A model generated the notes under the pieces. It ran no database searches. It was not told where the DNA came from and was given only the letters and a program-made list of their open reading frames with translations. A stretch of 63,513 bases of DNA, counting the filler, from Folioceros fuciformis (taxonomy: Eukaryota): the NCBI GenBank assembly GCA_049999805.1. It is 4 parts of 3 records of this genome, joined end to end, with 100 filler letters (N's around TTAATTAATTAA, not from the genome) between each part and the next. Parts side by side here need not be neighbours in the genome. Positions count along the whole stretch, not along the records: positions 1 to 23,567 come from JBNGIO010005636.1; positions 23,668 to 53,842 come from JBNGIO010005636.1; 2 more parts are not named here. One strand, 5' to 3'. Shown piece by piece: positions 11,514 through 24,472 of the stretch; the stretch's first letter is position 1, and each line of letters opens with the position of its first letter. Made by a program: the position numbers and the translations under genes.

Positions 11514-14134
11514 ATCCTCCTAGCTACAGCAGGCCTGCTTCTGGAGCCAGCACCAACCTCGAAGATGAGTCAGGCATGATGACACCTTTCTCTGAGATAC
11601 GACGGTCGCCCGGAGAACCCAGATAATGGAGACTAACCAGAGCAGTGTGCAAGGCCGTGTCGTGCAGATTAGCTTCCAACAATATTTTCCAACAATATTT
11701 TCCGTCAGCTGAACGCGCGACCGCGAAGCTGGGGTGAGCAGCCGTCGTGACACCCAGTATTAGCAAGGGCAAGTTGTTGTCCTTTATTGTTTGTCAGGAG
11801 CAATTTGTGTAGCTTTATGTATGAGTACTACTTCGCTTGGATTGCAAGCTTGCTCGGTGCCAGAGTTGAGCCATGGCGGCTGATAATAACATTGGCAGCT
11901 TGGTAACACAATACAAGGCTTCTCGAAAGGGCACATAGTTTACAGCACGATAACGAGCCTGGATGGGCACGGTCTCCTGTGTTCACCAATGTGTACAACC
12001 GATTACACGTGCTCGTAAGATTCTCAGCTTCGATTCCCAGAATTATGATCAGTTTTCTCATCTCCTTTCTTCTGTGTAGCTTGGCGTGCGAGTTTCTCAC
12101 AAGCTTGGACAGCTACAACCATTCAGTTACCGAATCCAGATCTCTTCTGGGACAAGCCCAGGGAAGGAAGGAAGGGATTTTGGTTCTGCCATTTTGCAGC
12201 GAAGAGCGCTTCAACATGAGCTGTTGCACAGGTGCTGTGAGCACAGTGTGTCTTCCAAGGCTGGGTCACGTCAACCTGTTTTTGTGTGTATGCATACATA
12301 CTTGTGGTTGTCATATGCGTTCAGTCCATGTGCATATGTATGGATGTACACACAATAGGAGGAAGCAGGAGAAGACTTACTTGTAGATGCTTACATACAG
12401 TATCGACAATGTATGGGGCCTCGTCTCGAGTCCAGGAAAGCCTTCGCTGGGCTGTCAGCGTGCTGTCTGAAGACCGCATCACGCACAGCCCCTGTGGTCC
12501 CCCCCTGCCCCTGCATTGCGTGTGGATCGGGTTAGGGTTGGGTTAACAGTTCACCTAACTTAACCTCCGTTGCCGTGCATTATCTTAGAGTGAAGATGCG
12601 ATGTAATCGAGTGCTGTCCCCGGCACGTGGCCCGCATTTATTTACAAGACGCACAAAAATTCGGCATTGGCGAAGGCTCCCATTTATTTCTGTACGTACG
12701 TCCATACATAGAACATTGTATTTGAGAACTGGTGGTGTACGGCCTTGAGTCGTGAAAAATCGCAGGGCAGCAGTGGGCGGGCTCTACTGTGTGTCCCTCA
12801 CTCACATGACTGCAACTCCGAAACCATAGCTTCCTCCCTAACGGGGAGGGTGGCAAGTGTGTGAACAAGGCTCCTTTCTCCCCTGCCTCCTGCGTTCCTT
12901 TCCCTTGTCGGGCCTAGGTCTGTGTTTGTGCAGATCTCGCCAGGGCTGCATCGGCATTGGAGTTGCTGGATCCCAGCTGCTTGTGTGTGCTCCATCTTGG
13001 CCTTGCCTCGGCCTCGCATCGGGCCTCGCGAAATGGCGTGGAATGGAGCGGAGCACGGTGCCGGATTGAGCGAGTGATGAGTGAGCGGGTTGCTCCAGTT
13101 CTTGGCGTTTTCACGATCGGCTGTGCTGGTTTGGCTTCCTTGGGAGAGAAGGAGGCATCGGGAGTTTAAGACGAGGAGTCACAGTGCAGTGTAGTGTTGT
13201 GCAGTGCAGTGCAGTGAGTGTTGAAATTCTTCCCGCAGCTTGTCCTGGCAGGCGTCCGGGAGCGGTTAGGATTGAGTTCCATGGTCCCCGCCCGTTTCGT
13301 CCTGCTTCTGCTCCACATTGGAGGGATTGTCTTGGCGTGGCGATGATTGGTCTGTGATGGCGGCGTTTTCTTGAGATTCAATCCCGACGGTCGCTGGCCA
13401 ATTGGGGGACCTGCTTGGCGCGCTTTTCGGATTCTCTGTCAACGGATTCTGTGGCCGGTTGTTTCTGGGGACGAGCTCAGGGCGTAGAGGAGCTGGCGGG
13501 GGGTGCGTTTTATGTTGAATCAGGCTGATGAAGGTGAGGGAGGCGGGACCCGGATCGGTAGTGTGGGTTTTGGGAGGTGGCATTTGGGGACGGAGGGGTG
13601 GAGTATGTAGGGGGGCAGCTTGGCTGATCTGAGCTGAGCTGAGAGGCAAGAGTGTGGGTTGGAGCTGCATGCCGGTTCGCGCATCTCTTGCAGGGCCAGG
13701 GCAGGGAGCAGGGGGAGCGAGTCTGGCGTTTGCCCTGACGGTTCAGTTACCGTTGTCATGAGGACTCGGAGGCGGTTGGTTTGAGCAGATCGCTGCCTGC
13801 AGGTGGCATGCCGCGCTTCGCACCGCTGGGAAGCCTCGCCGGCATCATGATTGGCTGTTCCCAGGGGCACTCAACACTGCGCCTTAGCACTCCAGCTCGG
13901 ATCCGGCAGGCTTCCGTGGTACCGGGGTAGGACAGGGCTGCAGCTACGCTACACAAGCAGGAATGGGGCAGGAGGTGGACTTGTTCCTCTCATGCAGCCT
14001 GGTACATGTGCTGATGCGGAAGGTGCTGAATTTGCTTCCCCCAGTTGGTGTACAGAAAGTGATTTCGTCACGCATTCCGCTCGTTTGACGTCTGGTGGTG
14101 CTTACTTGAGGGGGAGGCAGTGGGCCGATCCAGT

Positions 14135-17041
14135 ATGCTACGGCAGTCACAGGCCCAAGCGCAAGGGCAGGCCAGGCGAATTAGGTTACGTAGCGGAAGC
14201 TTGATCATGCGTCTCATCTGGGTCACTGGGTACTTCAGCGTCACTCTGGCGGCACTGTTGTCTACCTATCTTTTTCCAGCTCTGCTCTCCGGCTTGCGTT
14301 CGGAACTGTACACCTCGTCAGACAGGTTGATTAAGGTAGGTGTTTAGCTTGCTCGTTGCGTGTCCGCATTGAGACTGGGTTGGCTTCAGGCTCTGGGAAA
14401 CGCCAGCTGCTGTCTCATATGTTCGTCCTTCTCGTCTACAGGCTGACACGGGATTACCAGGCTTTACTAGCTCGGAGATGAGCTGGAAGCAAGAAAGTTT
14501 ACCTCCTCATTTGTCCAGGTGGATGAACTCGCAAGAGAATCCTTTGCAACAAAAGGAAACTTATCGTAAGGTGAGCCACTGGGATCTCTGTTGTGCTAAA
14601 TCATTCAGTCTATTTTTTTCGGGAAAGCTTATAAGGGCTCCCTCATTCACCTTGCATCTTCCTCCTCCCTAATTTTTGGGTCTGCACTGGCCGCTGGCTC
14701 AAAGTATTGCGTCCTAGTAACAGAGAGGTATGAAGAAATCATGAGAATACAGTGCCACGGATTTACATGCTTGCAAGGTTCTTATGTCTAACCATGGTGG
14801 GTACATGGTGGGTACTCTGAAGCTTTGGAAACCTCCCGTGAACCGAGGATTCGGACAATGTGTGGACCCAAGCCCAAGATATACGCGTATGCCTCCTCTC
14901 ATTTAACAAAAGGCTGATCGATGGTTGACGTGTGACATGATTTTAGCCCAAGTTTTCCCTAGATGGGTGAAGTTCTAAGTCTTTACGAGTCCGGCCCTGT
15001 ATGACCATGGCAGCTCCGGGGACATCAAAAGGCTATTTGCTAGTAAGCAGCAACGGGGGCCTTAACCAGATGCGAGCAGGGGTAGGTTTCGGTTTCTTAA
15101 TCAGTATTAGCATGTTGGGCTCCTTTATGGAAGGGGCCTGTTCTTTCATCTCAACTTGTCTCCCTGTTTTGGGCTGTGCAGATTTGTGACATGGTTTCAA
15201 TCGCACGTATTATAAATGCAACGTTGGTTGTCCCCGAATTGGACACGGGATCATTCTGGCAAGATTCCAGGTGAAGACTGTCACACGTAGAAATGAGATC
15301 ATGATACTTGCTCTCAGGGTTCTCGTCACATTCTTATCTTATGGCTGACTTACCTGCTGTGCAGCAATTTCTCGGATATTTTTGATGTGAACCATTTTAT
15401 CAAAGCTCTGGAGAACGACGTGGAAGTTGTTGTGAAGCTGCCTGAGGAGTATCGCCACTCGCCAAAGGCTTCTAAACAGTTTAGAAGCTGGTCCGGCATG
15501 GAGTACTATGAAGAGGACATCGCCAGCCTGTGGGAGGACCACAAGGTGTTCATCATATGCCTTGTTGCATTATATGCATCTTGCCTAGGATGTTTGTTCT
15601 CATGTGCCCTGGTTGTGCAGGTCATCAAGGCTGTAAAAACAGACTCTCGCCTGGCCAACAATGACCTGCCAGCTGATATCCAGAAATTGAGGTGCCGTGT
15701 GCATTATGATGCTCTTCAGTTTGCACCTCGAATCAAAGCTTTTGGAGAGGTATGCTTTGCCGCTACATTGGATTAGTTGGTTGTTGTAACTTGACAGAGT
15801 TTTATGACATCAACTGCACGGCACTGAGCAGAAGCTCGTGGAGAGGATGAGGGCCGATGGACCTTACATAGCATTACATTTGCGATATGAGAAGGATATG
15901 TTGGCATTTAGTGGCTGCACACACGGTCTCACTGGGGAAGAAGCCGAGGAGCTCACTCGGATCAGGTATCGAATTTGCGTAACAACTTACCACTGCACTG
16001 GGGGGAGGGTCAAGAGTTGAAAGGTGTTCTCTGGAAGTGAACCGCGGATACCATGGTCTTTGCTGCAGAGAGGAAACTAAACACTGGAGAGTGAAAGAGA
16101 TCAACTCGACAGAACAGCGGGAGAAGGGTTTCTGTCCACTTACTCCAAGAGAGGTCGGCATTTTTCTAAGCGGGCTCGGTTATCCTAACGAAACGCGAAT
16201 CTACATTGCCGCTGGAGAAATCTATGGGGGCCAAAAACGAATGATGGATCTTAGTTCCCACTTTCCCAACTTGATGCGCAAGGTCTGCTTTTCTCACGTA
16301 GTCATGCTTGGTACCTTGTGGACTTTGTGTCGTCTGTCTAATGTTGGGTGTCCCCGGGCGCTCAGGAAACTATTGCCAGTGGCGAAGAACTTGCACCCTT
16401 CGCGCAACACGCCTCTCAGATGGCTGCCTTGGATTACACCGTCTCCGTGGCGAGTGATGTTTTTGTGCCCTCATATTCGGGGAATATGGCAAGGGCAGTG
16501 GAAGGCCATAGGCGGTTCAATGGACACTTGAAAACCATCATTCCAGACAGGTATAGGAAGCTGATCCGTTAGAGCTTGTTTTCTTCTTATGCCCGTAGGC
16601 TCTCTGACCGAGACAAGGTGTGACTGTAGGAAAGAGTTGGTGGCACTGTTTGATAAGTTGGACAGGGGTGAGCTGACTGAGGGTGAAAAATTATCTGCAG
16701 CAATCACTCAGCTTCATAGACGCAGGTATTTCTATTCGAACTTGTCTTACCCACTATATTGTCTTGATGGTCGGCACATTTGATTACTCCTCATATCACT
16801 TGTCAATCTCGGCAGGCAAGGAGGTCCCCGGAAAAGGAAAGGGCCAGTCCCAGGTAGCAGAGGGAAGGATCGCTTCAGAACTGAAGAGGCCTTCTATACC
16901 AACCCTAATCCTGATTGCATCTGTCAGAAAACTAGCACTGCTGGGGACTTAGGTAAGGCCGGTGTCACGTACAAGAGTACTTCTCAAAGACAGCTTTCGA
17001 AAGGGATGGCGGAGGGGAAGAAGGGTCTCCATCCTCATTAG
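14135..17041 (+). CDS. O-fucosyltransferase family (GT106) glycosyltransferase, multi-exon
   Basis: N-terminal TM helix; [111 protein letters not shown]. Confidence 0.88.
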
Positions 17042-17389
17042 ATTGTTCTCTGGGATGGTATACTATCTGTACTTTCACGTCGGGCCCGATCGCTGCTACG
17101 GCAATACTGCATACCTCTCAATTCAGGAGAGATACCTTTGGCGGCGACAACTGCTAGTGTTTACAAGGAAGGAATTGCTTGTACGCACCGTGACAGAATC
17201 TGATCGTTTTAAACCTGGGTCTCAAAGTTCGAGTTCGCGACCTGAGAGCACTTCACACCCGGATTAGCACCATGAGAGCGTCAAATATCCCTCAGGAAAA
17301 TCAAGTCTGTTGGGCGGGACACTCACCATTTTGTGCCCTTAGAAATGGTGAAGCCACGTGAGAAAAAGAATCGACCACCCCAGGCCACC

Positions 17390-18745
17390 CTAGGCCATCA
17401 CACCTTTCAAGAAAGACGTCTGCTTCCTTTGCCGATCTGTATACGAGGGCTCGGTAGGGCGGAGCAGCAGCGGGATATGCCTGCCCCCGCACTTTCTACT
17501 GATCGGCTCGCGCGCCTCCGGCAGCTGCCCCACCACTTCCCGCAACAGCTCGGCTGAAACGAGCGTCTCCTTCAACAAAGAGTCGACATGTGAACGCAGC
17601 TGCCTGGCCGCCTCCTGGGAGCAGGAGAAGGCCACGCCCTGAAAGCTGCACGAGCGAAGCAGCAGCGGCTTTTCCGACGCGATCACATATTGCGGCTTTC
17701 TCCCGATCCTGTCGATGTCAAGCAGCTCGTCTACAATTCCCGGCGGCTCCTTCCCTTCCCCAACCATAAACAACACCGCAGCAATGCACCGCACCTGGTG
17801 CCACAAAAACGCGTTCCCCTTCAACCTCAGCACCCACATGCCCTCCGAACTCCTAACGGGGAACACCCCGATCTCGTTGATGGTCCTCACATAGTTATGC
17901 ACATTGGCTGCATCCATCTTGCAAAAATTCCGAAAATCATGTTCCCCGGCCAGCTTCCCGCACGCCTCCTGCATCAGCCCGACATCCAATCCCTGCTCCA
18001 GGAAGAAGTACGAGTACTCCCGTCCCAGGCAGCTAAACCTGGCGCTAAAGGACTCCGGCACAGGGCACCAGCCCAGCACCCGAATATCGCCCGGCAGAGC
18101 CCGGTTGAGCACTCCGACGTAATCCACCTCCCCATTCACCTCCTCGGCGGCCGCCATGGCCGCCACCTCCTGCTCCTCCCCGCGGCAAGCCCTGGCCGCC
18201 TCAACCCTATCCCTCTCCAAACCCTGGCCCGGTCCTCCTCCCGCATCCTTCCGGCTGGATCTGAGCCGGAGAGCCACCACCTGCCCCGCCGCCGACACCC
18301 CCTTGTCCGTCCGCCCGCACCGAGAATAACCCGCCTCCGCCCGGCTCCCCACCAGCAGCCTCGTGTGCTCCAGGGCGGAGAAGAGCGCCTGCTCCACCGT
18401 CTTCACGCCCCCCGACTGGGATGCGAAGCCCTGGTATCCGGCCCCGAGGTACATGAGCTTCAGCGCCACAAGCCGCCTGCTGTAGTGCGCCATGTCTCCC
18501 CCCGCGCTATCGTTCCTCTGCTTCCGCCTGCCCCTGCCGTCGCCCTGCTCGCTGTTGGAAGAATTCTCCGTTCCGCTTCCTGTTCCATTCAAGGGACCCT
18601 GAGGCTCCTCGTCCTCGACAAGCCCAACCTTCCGTAGGCGAGAATTCTCCGCCTCTAAGTGCTCAACTCTGAGCTGCAACGCCATCACCTTGGCCTGGAG
18701 CTCCGCGATACACCTCTGTGCATCTGCCACGCACTCCGCCTCCAT
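17390..18745 (-). CDS. PUS3: tRNA pseudouridine 38/39 synthase (TruA family, Pus3/DEG1), intronless; alternative upstream ATG at 18862
   Basis: VALKLMYLGAGYQGF, catalytic YSRCGRTDKGVSAAGQV, FSARFSC, GEHDFRNFCKMD, AFLWHQVRC, RKPQY. Confidence 0.9.
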   Translation of the reverse strand: MEAECVADAQRCIAELQAKVMALQLRVEHLEAENSRLRKVGLVEDEEPQGPLNGTGSGTENSSNSEQGDGRGRRKQRNDSAGGDMAHYSRRLVALKLMYLGAGYQGFASQSGGVKTVEQALFSALEHTRLLVGSRAEAGYSRCGRTDKGVSAAGQVVALRLRSSRKDAGGGPGQGLERDRVEAARACRGEEQEVAAMAAAEEVNGEVDYVGVLNRALPGDIRVLGWCPVPESFSARFSCLGREYSYFFLEQGLDVGLMQEACGKLAGEHDFRNFCKMDAANVHNYVRTINEIGVFPVRSSEGMWVLRLKGNAFLWHQVRCIAAVLFMVGEGKEPPGIVDELLDIDRIGRKPQYVIASEKPLLLRSCSFQGVAFSCSQEAARQLRSHVDSLLKETLVSAELLREVVGQLPEAREPISRKCGGRHIPLLLRPTEPSYTDRQRKQTSFLKGVMA

Positions 18746-19273
18746 GGACAAGCATCGCCACCTAGCCCACCAACCAGCCTTCTTCGCCACCAGCTTAACT
18801 ACCATCGACACATGATGAGAATGCACATGTCCCACCTTCTCTCGCCTACATCTCATTCCCATACATCATTACATGTTTATGACTTACGTACGTAGAGGGT
18901 TAGGGCTTTTATAGACAACGAGTGTGCTCGCGGGGTGTTCGCCAACTCCAACGCAAAGCGCTGGGCATTAATGGCAAGCCGGCCTAAGAGATATATTATT
19001 TTTTAATAATCAAATTAAATATATAAATATAAATCCCCCAAATTTAAATAAATAAATAACTAGATGAAATATTTCCATTGGAGATTGTCGTACTTCAAAA
19101 GATCTTGCATTTCAAAATCTAAATCTCTTCGACACCTAAGATTGTCTAAACTTAGTATGTGATATGCACCAAAAATAATGATCGGAGTAGCCCTCTTGGT
19201 CGCCCGTTGAACTCGTTAACGGAGTGGATGGGATATTTGTTTTTTTTTTATGTAATAATAATTTATTTCGACA

Positions 19274-19487
19274 AACCCTAAGTTCCTCGGAGTAGAAGGC
19301 ATGCCAGACCTACGGGGCGGAGTATGCTCAGTCATAGGCCCAAAATAAACCTGAGTTCCTCGAAGTAGAAAGCATGCCAAACCTACAGGGGCGGAGTATG
19401 CTCAATCGTAGGCCCAAAATAAACCCGAGTTCCTCAGAGTAGAAGGCATGCTACACCTACGAGGGCGGAGTATGCTCCGTCGTAGGC
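19274..19487. repeat. About 73-bp tandem repeat, 3 copies
   Basis: AAACC..AGTTCCTC..AGTAGAAGGCATGC...ACCTAC.GGGGCGGAGTATGCTC..TC.TAGGCC(CAAAAT) three times. Confidence 0.9.
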
Positions 19488-20761
19488 CACCATGGAGACC
19501 ATTCACGCGAAGGAGTGGCAGGCCTAGCTAAAACGGGAAACGGACTTTCAAGAGGCCTGCAAGCAACATACGGCGGACCAAGACCGGTATCGGAGAGAAC
19601 GGAACTGGGCTTTGCATGTGGAGAAGGAGCTCACACGCAAGGGAGCCGAAGCAGCCCAGTAGGCGGAGGAGTTGTGGGTGAAGCTTCAGGGAGTGCAAGC
19701 TGAGGAGAAGATGCCACAACATGAGGTCTGGACCCTAAGGGCAAAGCTTGCACTCATGCGTGGGAACATGCAAAACCACGGGGAACTCTGGGAGGCAGAG
19801 CATCGACAACTTGCGCACCAAAAATAAAGGACTTTAGGCAAGCTAACGGAGTACGAGTCGCAAGATGTCAACACGAAGGTCACCTTTTTCAAGGCACAAG
19901 CAGAGGCAATTACCAACCAACAACTATGGAAAGAAACAATGGCTACATTAGCGACTCTAGAGGAACTTTGAAGGCATGTCGAGGTGGCCACAACTCAACA
20001 CGCCGACCTACCCGAGGTCCGGTGGCGGCCGAAGTACCGAACGCTCTATAGGATGGTGATTGACATCATCCAACAACTCAACGACAGCTATGTGTTCTTC
20101 CATGGCGAAGTCCTCCAAATCCTGTGGAGGCAGTGGTAGGCAAAGCTCCCCCAACACCTTCCTTAGGCTTGTGAACCACACCTCCCAGTCCAGAGGCTGT
20201 CATGACTTAGAAAGTCTAGTAGAACAGCGAGTCTGTGTGAACTTGTTGTGTAGGACAATTTCAAGTTAGTTAACAAGCCCAAGCAAGTTGAGAGGACAAC
20301 AACAGTGTATTTTGATTAGAGAGGCGGTCAACAAATCAAAAATTATCGTGAAAAGGTAGTTGATAAGCGCGGTTGTTTTGATAGTTGACTTTGTGAACGG
20401 TTTACACCAGTTGAAGGTGTTCAACCAAGTAGTTAGCAACGGAATGTTGCAAGGATATAAGGGTCTGGAAAGAATGGACGGGCATTCTTTTGATAGTTCA
20501 ATAAGAAAACTCAAGATCAAGAGACAATCTATGTCTGGACTGGATCGCAAAGTAAATGGCAAACTGAACAATTGGATCAACGTTTTCAATATTGCGAACT
20601 TGCATCTTAATAATCTTGTGCATAAAAGTTGTAATGTCGTGACATCGGAGATAGCCGGATTGGCATCATGAGACTTGTCAATATCAAAAGAATACCTCTC
20701 CAAAATGAGCAAGATGATAAAAGATGAATGCTTTGTGGAGTTGGTATTTCTCTTGGATAAA

Positions 20762-20965
20762 TTGTCCTTGGGACATGAGTGTTGTAGCTGGGCAAGCGTT
20801 GTTTAGTGTGCAAGTTAGCAAAGTTGTCCTTGGAACATGAGTGTTGTGACAAGGCAAGCATTCTTTGGTGTGCAAGGTAGCAAAGTTGTCCTTGCAAAAT
20901 GAGTGTTGTATCTAGACGAGTGTTCTGTGGTGTGCAAGGTAGCGAAGTTGTTCTTGGGTCACGAA
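20762..20965. repeat. 62-bp tandem repeat, about 3.2 copies
   Basis: TTGTCCTTG....ATGAGTGTTGT...GTGTGCAAGGTAGCAAAG units start at 20762, 20824, 20886 and 20948. Confidence 0.9.
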
Positions 20966-22929
20966 CAACTAGTTTCGAAGGTAATGATATATAAGTGGTA
21001 GGGTTTAGTGATGAAAGCTAGTTGCAGAAAAGCTAGAAAGGTAGGCTGGGTAAAAAAAAAAAAGAATGAATGTGTCCATATAACTTCATTAAGGTCTTAA
21101 AGGAAATCACCTAGGTTGTGGACAGATAGCTCAAGTAATAGACGAGATGCCTGGTAAAGGGTCAAGTGGAAGTTTGAGAAAGACAAGGCAACATGTTGTG
21201 AAGTTATCAAAAGGTGAGGAGGGTGAAGTGGAAAGATGACAAATTGCTTGTGAGAAGAGTAGGTTCAAGCAAGAAGTTCAAAAGGAGAGAGTCGGGTAGC
21301 AGTAAAAGGGAGAAGAGTGTTGATATGAGGAGTATAGTCGCAAAGGTTGAGGGAAGTCGTGAGGAGAAGGTGTTAGTAGGTGGTGCTTTATTTTTTCTTT
21401 TAAAAGAGAAAGAGGACTTCAATTTAAGGAGAGATGGCGAGGACAAGTGTACTCGAGAAGGAGAGTAAAGATGGAGGGTGGAGAGCAACAGACACAATTG
21501 TTTCCGAACAATAGTGTTCGTTGCTCTCCACCTTGCTCTCGCAAAGTTCTCCTTGGAGAACTTTGCGAGCAGTTCATGATGGCAACGGGTGTGGTCATGG
21601 CAGGCAAGAGCAAGGAACAAGGGTTTGGTACCTCTAGGGCGCAGGCCAAGGAGCCTACCAAAAGCAAAGCGAGAGCGAAGTTGCCATCAATTAGGCTCAC
21701 CGAAGCGCAGCTTCAACATCAGATGCTGGAGCAAGTTGTGGAGTTGGAGCAGCTTAGGAAAGGCCTCAGCCCTTGCCTGGAAAGGCTAAGAGAGGCAGTG
21801 GTCAACGTTTGTGGGCCGCCAGTGCTGCCTCCGTTACCTAGTAGCGAAATCTTGCCAGGTGTAAGAACGTGTGACGTGGGTCAAGAAGTGAGCGGAAAGG
21901 TGGGAGGGAAGGCACAAGGAGATGGAGCTGAGAGAGAAGTGCCAAGGGAGGTAGTAGTGGGTCAGGGTGAGGAGGAGGAAGGAAGAACAGAAGTGCAAAA
22001 GGAGGTGAGGCAAAAGTATTCAAGGAAGGAGGGGAGCATGCAGGGGTCGCTGAAGGAGGAAGGAGTGGCGCGATGGAGTGACGACAGGTAGACGCAGAGC
22101 AAGGAATGTGTGAAAAGTGTGGGAAGTCCCGAGCTTGCGATGATTTGATAGTAGGAGGAGGGGAATGCAGCTTGTTTTTCAGGGGATTGTGGAAAGAGTG
22201 GAAGGCAGAAATCTCGTAGTTCAGTAGGGCAAGGAGCAAGCATGGCCGGGGTTTCAAAGGAAGCGGGCGTAGAGGCTCAAGTGGAAATAATAGCGTTGGG
22301 GGACGACCTGGACAATGGCACTAGGGTAGTAAAGGACTCCGATTCATGGAGTGTTTCAACATCTGAGGGTGAGGCAAGCCCAAAGGCCAGAAAGAAATTG
22401 TTGTTGGAATACAGTTCGTCTTCGGAGGAGGGAGGCAGTGAGGCTACGGAACCTTTGAGCGCTTCAACAATGGCTATAAAACCGTCGGTTTAGCAGACAT
22501 TGGAGAGCGGTTCAAAAGGTAGCAAGGAGGAGGGAGCTCAAAAAGAAGAGGAGGAAGCTTAGAAAGAAGAGGAGGAAGTGGAAGGAGAGGATGGTATTGG
22601 AGCGCGAGAGGCGCGAAACAGCAACAATCAAGTTGTGTTAGAGCCCAAGTGGAGTCTTGCAAAGACTCACAAGTTTTTTGATGAAGAGCTTCATCAGCTT
22701 TAGGAGCAAGTTGAGGACGAAGTGGAGGAAATCGAGAGGGAGCTTGCTTTACAAGTGGTGGAGAGGGAAAAGTTGTCCGTAGTTGCACGTGAGCTGTAAG
22801 CCAAGCAAGCAAAGAAGCGGCGTTTGTTGGTAGAAACATCCCTCTCTTAAGCCTACTAAGAAAATACCCTAAACCCTCTCTACCATAAACCCTTTTCTCG
22901 CAAAGAAAATAATTCTGATTATGAGTGGA

Positions 22930-23567
22930 AGACTCCTCCCACTTACAATACAATGGGAACCCTCTGCTAACGAATGTACATATATTGAGCACCAAAAGAG
23001 AGGGGGGGGGGGGACTAGCCTTAAGTCCAAAACTCAAGACAAGGCGCACAGAGAGTGCTCCCCTACACTATGGTACCCGCCGCCTACCTAAACCACTGAT
23101 ACACACACTTTGAAGTCTCTCAAAGACCCTAAAGGCTCACCTTCCCCAGGGGCACGAGTGATTCCAACCCGTATCTTTCCCAGGCGAAAGGAAGCCGGCC
23201 ATCCTCCAGTGTTTCCGCTTAAATTGCTTCCGGCGTGATTGCTCCAAGGCTTCTGCTACAATCAATAAATGCTCCCATATGCGCCATAATAGAGCTTTTC
23301 ACTGATGCTGACTCATGTTCTCCATAAAACACCGTGGACCAATTGACCTAGAGATAGAAAAGACAAGAGGACCACAGTAAGCCCCACCATTGGGCCTTCG
23401 GGAGAGGTTTGCCCGAGGCTCCGTCCAGCCCAAATAAGGCTGATTGACTCGTGATCCTGAGGTTAGCTCTAGGAAAAATCAATCGAAGCCACCTGTCCAC
23501 CTCCCCCCAGATCTCTTGGGCAAAGCAGCAGTGAAAGAACATGTGTTGACTCTTGTTCGGAGCACCA
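22930..23567 (-). mobile_element. LINE (non-LTR retrotransposon) 3' fragment: zf-RVT region and 3' UTR
   Basis: HMFFHCCFAQEIW..LFGL..WWGLLWSSCLFYL resembles the C-terminus of L1 ORF2; truncated by the linker; left boundary approximate. Confidence 0.65.
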
Positions 23568-23667
23568 NNNNNNNNNNNNNNNNNNNNNNNNNNNNNNNNN
23601 NNNNNNNNNNNTTAATTAATTAANNNNNNNNNNNNNNNNNNNNNNNNNNNNNNNNNNNNNNNNNNNN
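23568..23667. other. Artificial contig linker
   Basis: 44 N + TTAATTAATTAA + 44 N. Confidence 0.97.
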
Positions 23668-24256
23668 TGAGCGCTCCGTCCAGCAGGCTGGACAGGCTCA
23701 TGCCGGAGCTGCTCCTGTCGTCTCTCCCGAACCCCGCCGCCATGCTCCTCCCGGGGGGAAGAAACGGCTGGAAGTGCGTCCCCGACCCGTCCAGCTGCCC
23801 GAAGATGCTAGGGCCGCCATGGCTACTATCCGAGAGCGGCATGGTGAGCGGCAGCTGCAGAGGGGACGACGCCGAGTACGCCAGCTGCTTCATGTCGTCC
23901 ATGATGGAATTATCCCCCGCCCCGGCCATGTACCACTCCTCCTCCAGCATTGCCTTGGTGAAGCTCGCGCTGCAGCTCTGCAGCCCCATGCTATCCTGCA
24001 TCTGCACCTTGCATCAACACACCAATACTACTGTCAGAAGCAACCAACAAACAAACAACATCATGATGATCCAACCGAAGCGAGAACACCTTTCCCTCTT
24101 TTCTCATACGCTCATGCAGTTTCCCATACTGTGCACGAACTACTGCATCAATTGTTAGTCCATAGCCAAATCCTCCTCACTCACCTTGCCTCCCTGGTCA
24201 GCGCAGCTCGGGGCGTGGCACATTGCGGTCTGCCCCAGCCCTGCCTCATCTTCCAT
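23668..24256 (-). CDS. ICE1: 5' part of a SCRM/ICE1-like bHLH gene (exons 24256-24185 and 24007-23668), truncated at the linker
   Basis: SASFTKAMLEEEWY and FQPFLPP..SLSSLL resemble conserved N-terminal ICE1 motifs; in-frame GT-AG intron; the bHLH domain itself is not in the window. Confidence 0.6.
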
Positions 24257-24421
24257 TACCGCGCATGTACGACTGCAGTAAGCGCATCAGCCCGGCGCCG
24301 CTGCTGCACAGATTGTTCGCTCTGCTTGCCTTTCCTTGCAGGGCAAACAATTCTTTTCCTTTGCTTCCCAGCCTCCTCCACTTTGCAGCTTGCTTCCTTA
24401 CTATCCCGCTTCCTCGCTCTG

Positions 24422-24472
24422 CAGAAGAAGAAGAAGAAGAAGAAGAGGAAGGAGGAGGAGAAGAAGAATAAG
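24422..24472. repeat. (GAA)n/(GGA)n microsatellite upstream of the ICE1-like gene
   Basis: Direct read. Confidence 0.9.

Noticed and set aside
12123-12516. Possible two-exon minus-strand small ORF with a GTAAGT donor at 12380
   Set aside because: The first ATG is out of frame with the second exon, and no homology was recognised
17690-18637. 315-aa ORF antisense to PUS3
   Set aside because: GC-rich shadow ORF with low-complexity composition
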